From assembly GCF_009914755.1 (NCBI RefSeq), contig NC_060945.1: 64,000 bases of DNA. One strand, 5' to 3'. This DNA comes from the human T2T-CHM13v2.0 reference genome, Homo sapiens. The position numbers and the translations under genes are program-made. The notes under the pieces were generated by a model. It searched no databases and was not told the DNA's origin. It was given only the letters and a program-made list of their open reading frames with translations. Shown here piece after piece: positions 57,851 to 64,000 of this stretch (positions within the stretch are counted from its first letter, which is position 1; every line of letters starts with the position of its first letter).

Positions 57851-59040
57851 CCTCCACTGTAAGAGTTACCCAAAGCATCTGTGATGGTCCAGGAGGCTTC
57901 CGAGGCGATCGGGCAGCATCAGTCTTCAGCTGCTGAACCAAGAAGATCTGGGAAGGAGTCAGAAAGCCTTGGGCCAGAGTTCCAGGGGCTCTGGGAGTGG
58001 CTGCTGGGATAGTTGGACAGTCCAATTTCCAGTGGGGTCCCGCAGAGATGGGACGCAGCTTAGGAGGAATCCCAGGCTGCTGGCATTCCTTGGCCCAGTG
58101 GTCAGATTTCCGTCACGTGGAGCAACATCCTGGGGGAGGAGGTCCTGAAGGAACGCCTGTCCTCTGCGGTTTAGGCAATTTGAAGGTCTTGTGTGCTGGG
58201 GATACGGCTAGGGTTTCTCTCACGGCAGAGGCAAGTAATCGCAACTCAGAAATATGTTGCCACTTGGCTGACTCTTTTTTATTATTGTACACCTTGAAGG
58301 CGAGGTTAATTAAGTCCTATTGTGGGGTTTGAGGGCTGGAATCTAATTTTTGGAGCTTTTTCTAGTATCAGGAGCAGATTGGGTAATAAAACGCATATTG
58401 AGAATAAGATGGCTTTCTGGCCCCTCTGGGTCTAGGGCGGTAAAGCATCTAAGGGTTGTTGCCAAACGGGCCATGAACTGGGCTGGGTTTTTATATTTGA
58501 TGGAAAAGAGCCTAAACACTAACTGATTTGGGAAAGGTCTGATAGAGAAAAAGGAGCATTAACCTTGACTATGCCTTTAGCTCCAGCCACCTCTTTAAGA
58601 GGAAATTGTTGGGCAGGTAGGGGAGGGCTCGTCATGGAATGAAACTGTAAGCCAGACTGGGTGTGGCAGGGGAGGTGATAGAGGGGTTGTAGGGTAGGGG
58701 AGCGGAAGCTCAAGAAAAGCTGGAGCCTGATTCAGCCTGGCAGGGAGTGACCTGAGGAGGAGCAGTGTGGGAAGAAGGGGAGAGGTCAGATGGGTGGGTA
58801 GAAAAGGAAGATTCAAAAGACTTAGTGACGCTTGGGGTTGGGACTGAAGGAACAGACAGAAGAGAAAGAAGAAAGATGTGGGACAAGTCGCACTGGGAGC
58901 AGAGACTAGGGAGGGACCGATGTGTGAAAGAATGCCTGGATGTCAGTCACCTCAGACCATTTGCCCATTTTTCGACAAAATTATCTAGATCTTGTAGGAT
59001 GGAGAAATCAAAAGTGTCATTTTCTGGCCATTTAGAACCA
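57850..59040 (-). pseudogene. HERV-H gag remnant
   Basis: KWPENDTFDFSILQDLDNF (MA-like), KGIVKVNAPFSLSDLSQI (CA start), and a C..C....HWAKEC knuckle near 58080-58125. Confidence 0.88.
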
Positions 59041-59041
59041 T

Positions 59042-59059
59042 TCTCGGGTTTTGGCACCA
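59042..59059 (-). promoter_or_regulatory. Primer-binding site, tRNA-Phe-like
   Basis: Sense TGGTGCCAAAACCCGAGA versus Phe PBS TGGTGCCGAAACCCGGGA (16/18). Confidence 0.65.
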
Positions 59060-59061
59060 AA

Positions 59062-59958
59062 TGTCGCGCACATCCATGTGAAGAGACCACCAAACAGGCT
59101 TTGTGTGAGCAATAAAGCTTTTTAATCACCTGGGTGCAGGCGGGCTGAGTCCGAAAAGAGAGTCAGCAAAGGGTGGTGGGATTATCATTAGTTCTTACAG
59201 GTTTGGGATAGGCGGTGGAGTTAGGAGCAATTTGTTGTGGGCAGGGGGTGGATCTCACAAAGTACCTTCTTAAGGGCGGGGGAATATCACAAGTACCTTC
59301 TTAAGGGCGGGGGAATATCACAAAGTACCTTCTTAAGGGCGGGGGAATATCACAAAGTACCTTCTTAAGGGTGGGGGAATATCACAAAGTACCTTCTTAA
59401 GGGCGGGGGAATATCACAAAGTACCTTCTTAAGGGCGGGGGAATATCACAAAGTACCTTCTTAAGGGCGGGGGAATATCACAAAGTACCTTCTTAAGGGC
59501 GGGGGAATATCACAAAGTACCTTCTTAAGGGCAGGGGAATATCACAAAGTACCTTCTTAAGGGCGGGGGAATATCACAAAGTACCTTCTTAGGGGCGGGG
59601 GAATATCACAAAGTACCTTCTTAAGGGCGGGGGAATATCACAAAGTACCTTCTTAAGGGCGGGGGAATATCACAAAGTACCTTCTTAAGGGCGGGGGAAT
59701 ATCACAAAGTACCTTCTTAAGGGCAGGGGAATATCACAAAGTACATTATCACAAGGGCAGGGAGGGTGTATTGTCATAGGTCAATTGATCAGTTAGGGTG
59801 GGGCAGGAACAGGTCACAGTGGTGGAATGTCATCAGCTAAGGCAGCACCTGGCTATTTTCACTTCTTTTGTGGATCTTCAGCTGCTTCAGGCCATCTGGA
59901 TGTATACGTGCAGGTCACAGGGGATATGATGGCTTAGCTTGGGCTCAGAGGCCTGACA
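59062..59958 (-). mobile_element. 5' LTR (LTR7 family, 897 bp)
   Basis: Homologous to 53286-53883 and adjacent to the PBS. Confidence 0.95.
59255..59760. repeat. 32-bp minisatellite x~16 in 5' LTR U3
   Basis: Unit tcacaaagtaccttcttaagggcgggggaata; 15 near-identical copies and 1 diverged terminal copy. Confidence 0.97.
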
Positions 59959-61764
59959 ATTAGAACATACATATTTGTGATCCTACAACCATGGAGTTTC
60001 TTAAGATGACATTTAGGATTATAATACTGGTTTTAATAGCAAGCCAGGAATTTACAGTGTCTTAAAATGTGGCTTATTTCTTATTCAGACTATTCAACAC
60101 ACATATGCGACAGTTAAATAAATATATCCTGATATTTACAGGGCTTTTTATTTGTTTACAAAAGTAAGTTAGTTTTATGTAGTTTGTAAGAATCTTTAAC
60201 GTGTTATTTTCTTTTCTTGCTGTGTTTACTACAGTGAGTATATTAAGAATGTATTTATTAGGTAAGTCTCTTTTTTACTTCTTGTGCTATTCAGGGTCTC
60301 CCAGACAATGAGTAGTAAGACAGTTGAGAGAGTAAAGAAAAAATAAGAGCAGAGAGTTCCAGAGTCATTTGTGGTGTGTGAATATAGACACGTTGCTAGC
60401 TGTGTACTCTACCCCTCCCACTACCATCCCACCCCATCAAGGGCCCAGGAAAATGCTGCATGTTTACAGTGTCATCCAGGCACAAACTACCTTTTTCTGT
60501 AGTAGTCAAATTTCAAAAGACATTTGTAGGTCCTACTTTATTTAGTTAGAAACATTCTTCTATACTAGAAGCCCTTAAATTTGGATCAAAGAGTAAGTTT
60601 TATACAAAATAATAAGTAATCACTCCGAAATTATATGCGATACATTGTGTTTATATTTTTTTTTCCTGTGGAGACCATCAGTTGGTTTTTATTAATTGTT
60701 CAGCGATAGTGATGACAGAAAAAGTTGTCTAAAATGGTTTTACAAATTTAGAATAGATGTGATTAAAATGAAGATTTTGAAAGAATTGTGGAGTTTGTTT
60801 GTATTTTATTATCATGAATTCTCCAGATTGTGTTGACTGTAAAATTTGTACACTTATGACTCATTTTAATGATTTTTTTTAGAGAAATAAAAACATTTCA
60901 AAAGAGTTTAGTTCCTACTTTCCCTTTTGTCATTCTCTGAAACCTAAAACAAATTTGCATAGTTATTCTTGCAAATAAAAAAAACATAAAATTTTATTCA
61001 TGTTTGTTCTGTAGTCATTTTACAAATTCCTAAAATAGGCTCTTAGTTAACCTGTGGCTAAATGTATATTTTTTAAAGATATCTATTATTTTACAAATAT
61101 TCCCATGATATTGGCTTTGTTATCTGAATATTGATCTCTATTATCTCCAGATTATTTTGTTTTTTGTTTTTTGTTTTTTTTTTGCTTGCTTTCTGTCACA
61201 ATTATAAATAGAAAAACCAGTTCTGACCCAAACATAATTTTTCTTTACTTACCTGGAAATTCTGGAAATTATTTGTTTTGTCTCCTACATAGTATCTCTC
61301 TCCCTGCTAATGCCAATGTATGGCCTCCTACCTCTGTTTATACTCATGAAGATACTTATTCTTTAGTATTACAGCAGCATATTTTATCTTCATCAAACTC
61401 TATTAACAAAGATTCTCCAGCCCATGTCTACACTAACTGATCACCAGTTTTATTCTCTTTCATTAGATATGCTAATTATAAAGAAATACTCTAGATATTT
61501 TGACGATTTCTTTGGTGGGGGAAAAGAGGAGTGTAAGGATATAGAAGAAAATAAACTCAGATTCTCCTGCTATACTCTCACAACACAGAACATGTCTGTG
61601 ACCAAATGTGTGTGGATTTTTTTCCCCACACACACTAAGCAATTCTCCAGCAATTAATTCTGCAGTGGACACCAGCTGGGTGTCCTCTAATTCTATTCAG
61701 TTCTGACTCTCAACCTCAAGATAGTTTCTGAGCCCACAAGTTGAGGGCCCAGTCCTCTTACTGA

Positions 61765-62155
<391 letters not shown>

Positions 62156-62156
62156 A

Positions 62157-62466
62157 TTGTTTTTTTGTTTTTGGTTTTTTTTGAGATGGAGTTTCGCTCT
62201 TGTCACTTAGGGTGGAGTACAATTCGCAATCTCGGCTCACTGCAACCACTGACTCCCAGGTTCAAGCGATTCTCCTGCCTCAGCCTCCCGAGTAGCCGGG
62301 GCTACAGGCGTACACCACCACTCCCACCTAATTTTTGTATTTTTAGTAGAGAGATGGGATTTCAACATGTTGGCCTGGCTGATCTCAAACTCCTGACCTC
62401 AGGTGATCCGCCTGCCTCGGCCTCCCAAAGTTCCGAGATTACAGGCGTGCACCACCGCGCCTGGCT
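62157..62466 (-). mobile_element. AluS (Sq/Sp-like), tandem with the preceding Alu
   Basis: gagatggagtttcgctcttgt; shared flank gatcttctct on both sides of the pair. Confidence 0.93.
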
Positions 62467-62627
62467 GATCTTCTCTTTGAGTTTGATTAATTTGCTAGAG
62501 TAGCTCACAGAAGTCAAGGAAACACTTATGTTTACTGGTTTATTATAAAGCATATTACAAAGGATACATATCAGTGATCAGACAAATGGAAGAGATGCAG
62601 AGGGCAAGGCATTCAAGAACAGGTGCA

Positions 62628-62797
62628 GGCTGGGTGTGGCCACACCTGTAATCCCAGCTACTTGGGAGGCTGAGGCACAAAAATTGCTTGAACCTGGGAG
62701 TCAGAGGTTTCAGTGAGCCAAGATCATGCTACTGCACTCCAGCTCGGAATAAGACTGTATCTCAAAACAAAACAAAACAACAACAACAACAAAAAAT
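62628..62797 (+). mobile_element. Alu right monomer (truncated Alu or FRAM)
   Basis: Monomer with (CAA)n tail; TSD acaggtgcag. Confidence 0.85.
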
Positions 62798-63164
62798 ACA
62801 GGTGCAGAGCTTCCATGCCCTCTTTAGGTGTGTCACCCCACAGGGAACCTCCACTTGTTCAGCTATCTGGAAGCTCTGAACCCAGTCCTTTTAGATTTTC
62901 ATGTTTCATGGAAGCCTCATTATATAGTCACGATTGATTGAATTATCTGCCATTAGTGATCAACTTAACCTCCAGCCTTTATTCTATCCCCCAAAGCTGG
63001 AGGGGCAGGCAAAAAGTCCAAACCCTCTAATCATGCCTTGGTTTTTCCTGTGACCAGCCCTGTGGTCATCTTATTTGCATCCTAGATACTCTTATGACTC
63101 TAGAGATTCCAGAAGTTATAAGAGCTATATATCAGGAAACAAGGATGAAGAACAAATATATATA

Positions 63165-64000
63165 CAAGTGACCATGCAAAAATGCAGGGGTTAGGGGTGG
63201 CACAGTAAAAAATCCACTTAGAAATTTTGAGTCCCCAAAAGCTTAATTAATAGCCTACTGTTGACTGGAAGCCTTACTGATAACATAAGCAGTCAATTAA
63301 CACGTATTTTATTTTATATGCATTGTGTATTGTATTTTCACAATAAAGTTAGCTAGAGAGAAAAATGTTAGGAAAACTATAAAGAAAAAATATATCTACT
63401 ATTTATTAAGTGGAAGAGGATCATCATAAAGCTCTTCATCGTCCTCATCTTCACATTGAGTAGGCTGAGGTGGGGGAGGAAGAAAAGGGGGTGGTCCTGC
63501 TGTCTCAGTTGACAGAGGTGGAGGAGGTGGGGAAGGTAGAAACGGAGGCAAGAGAGGCAGATACACTTGGGTTATGAAAAGACATCCTAACTGATGTCTA
63601 ATTGCTTTTTAATTTCTCTAAAAATGTTTCTGTATGGCAACAACTCTTCCACCATTTTCTTTAATTTTTCCGCCCCTATCACAAAACAGTTTATGTCATA
63701 AAATAAGTCAAAATGGGTCTAGAATAACCGAAATCCCCCTGCCAAATTGTCTACTGTCAGTTTGTTTTCTGGCATTACTTCTTCTACATCTTCTTCCTCA
63801 TCACCTGGTACTGGTTTGGAACCACTTACCTCCATCAAATCTCCTTCCATTAATTCCTCCTGTGTGCTGTCTATTAACTCCAAGATTCTCCAAGATTCAT
63901 ATCTTGAACCCCCCTCCAACACATCATTTTTGCCATATCCGCTATCTCTTTCATGATTTGTTTGATTGTCTCTGTTGTAAGTCCTTAAGGTCATGCACAA
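63165..64000 (-). mobile_element. Tigger2-type DNA transposon 3' end with transposase C-terminal remnant (runs off the window)
   Basis: TA then a degenerate TIR; taatagcctactgttgactggaagccttactgataacataa; ORF 63719-64000 has an acidic Tigger-like tail (ELIDSTQEEL...ENKLTVDNL). Confidence 0.85.

Larger units (their letters stand above)
53286..59958 (-). mobile_element. HERV-H-family provirus with two LTR7-type LTRs, internally deleted
   Basis: Paired LTRs, PBS, gag/pro/pol/env remnants and PPT; 5-bp TSD attaa (53281-53285) / attag (59959-59963). Confidence 0.96.

Noticed and set aside
59255-59760. Regular 32-bp repeats resembling a CRISPR array
   Set aside because: Units are head-to-tail with no unique spacers, lie inside a retroviral LTR, and there are no cas genes.

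Overview
AT-rich human genomic DNA. A human-specific AluYb8 is present, so this is not a prokaryotic window. I see no intact cellular protein-coding exon, tRNA, rRNA or CRISPR array. The longer ORFs in the track trace to Alu, L1, HERV-H, Tigger or microsatellite sequence. The region reads like the intron(s) of a long + strand transcript or a gene desert, with a few short splice-site-bounded exon candidates (best at 52942-53013); I cannot name the host gene. The main structure is a two-LTR HERV-H-family provirus on the - strand (53286-59958) with several unusual features: a 32-bp GC-box minisatellite at about 16 homogenised copies in the 5' LTR versus 7 diverged copies in the 3' LTR; a tRNA-Phe-like rather than His primer-binding site joined directly to gag; an internal second polypurine-tract block inside env; and a co-oriented L1PA3-like insertion. 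The rest is a layered record of Alu, MIR, L2, L1M, MaLR/ERV1/ERVL LTRs and DNA transposons around several repeat-free segments that may be regulatory. Subfamily names come from remembered consensus sequences and should be confirmed with RepeatMasker/Dfam.
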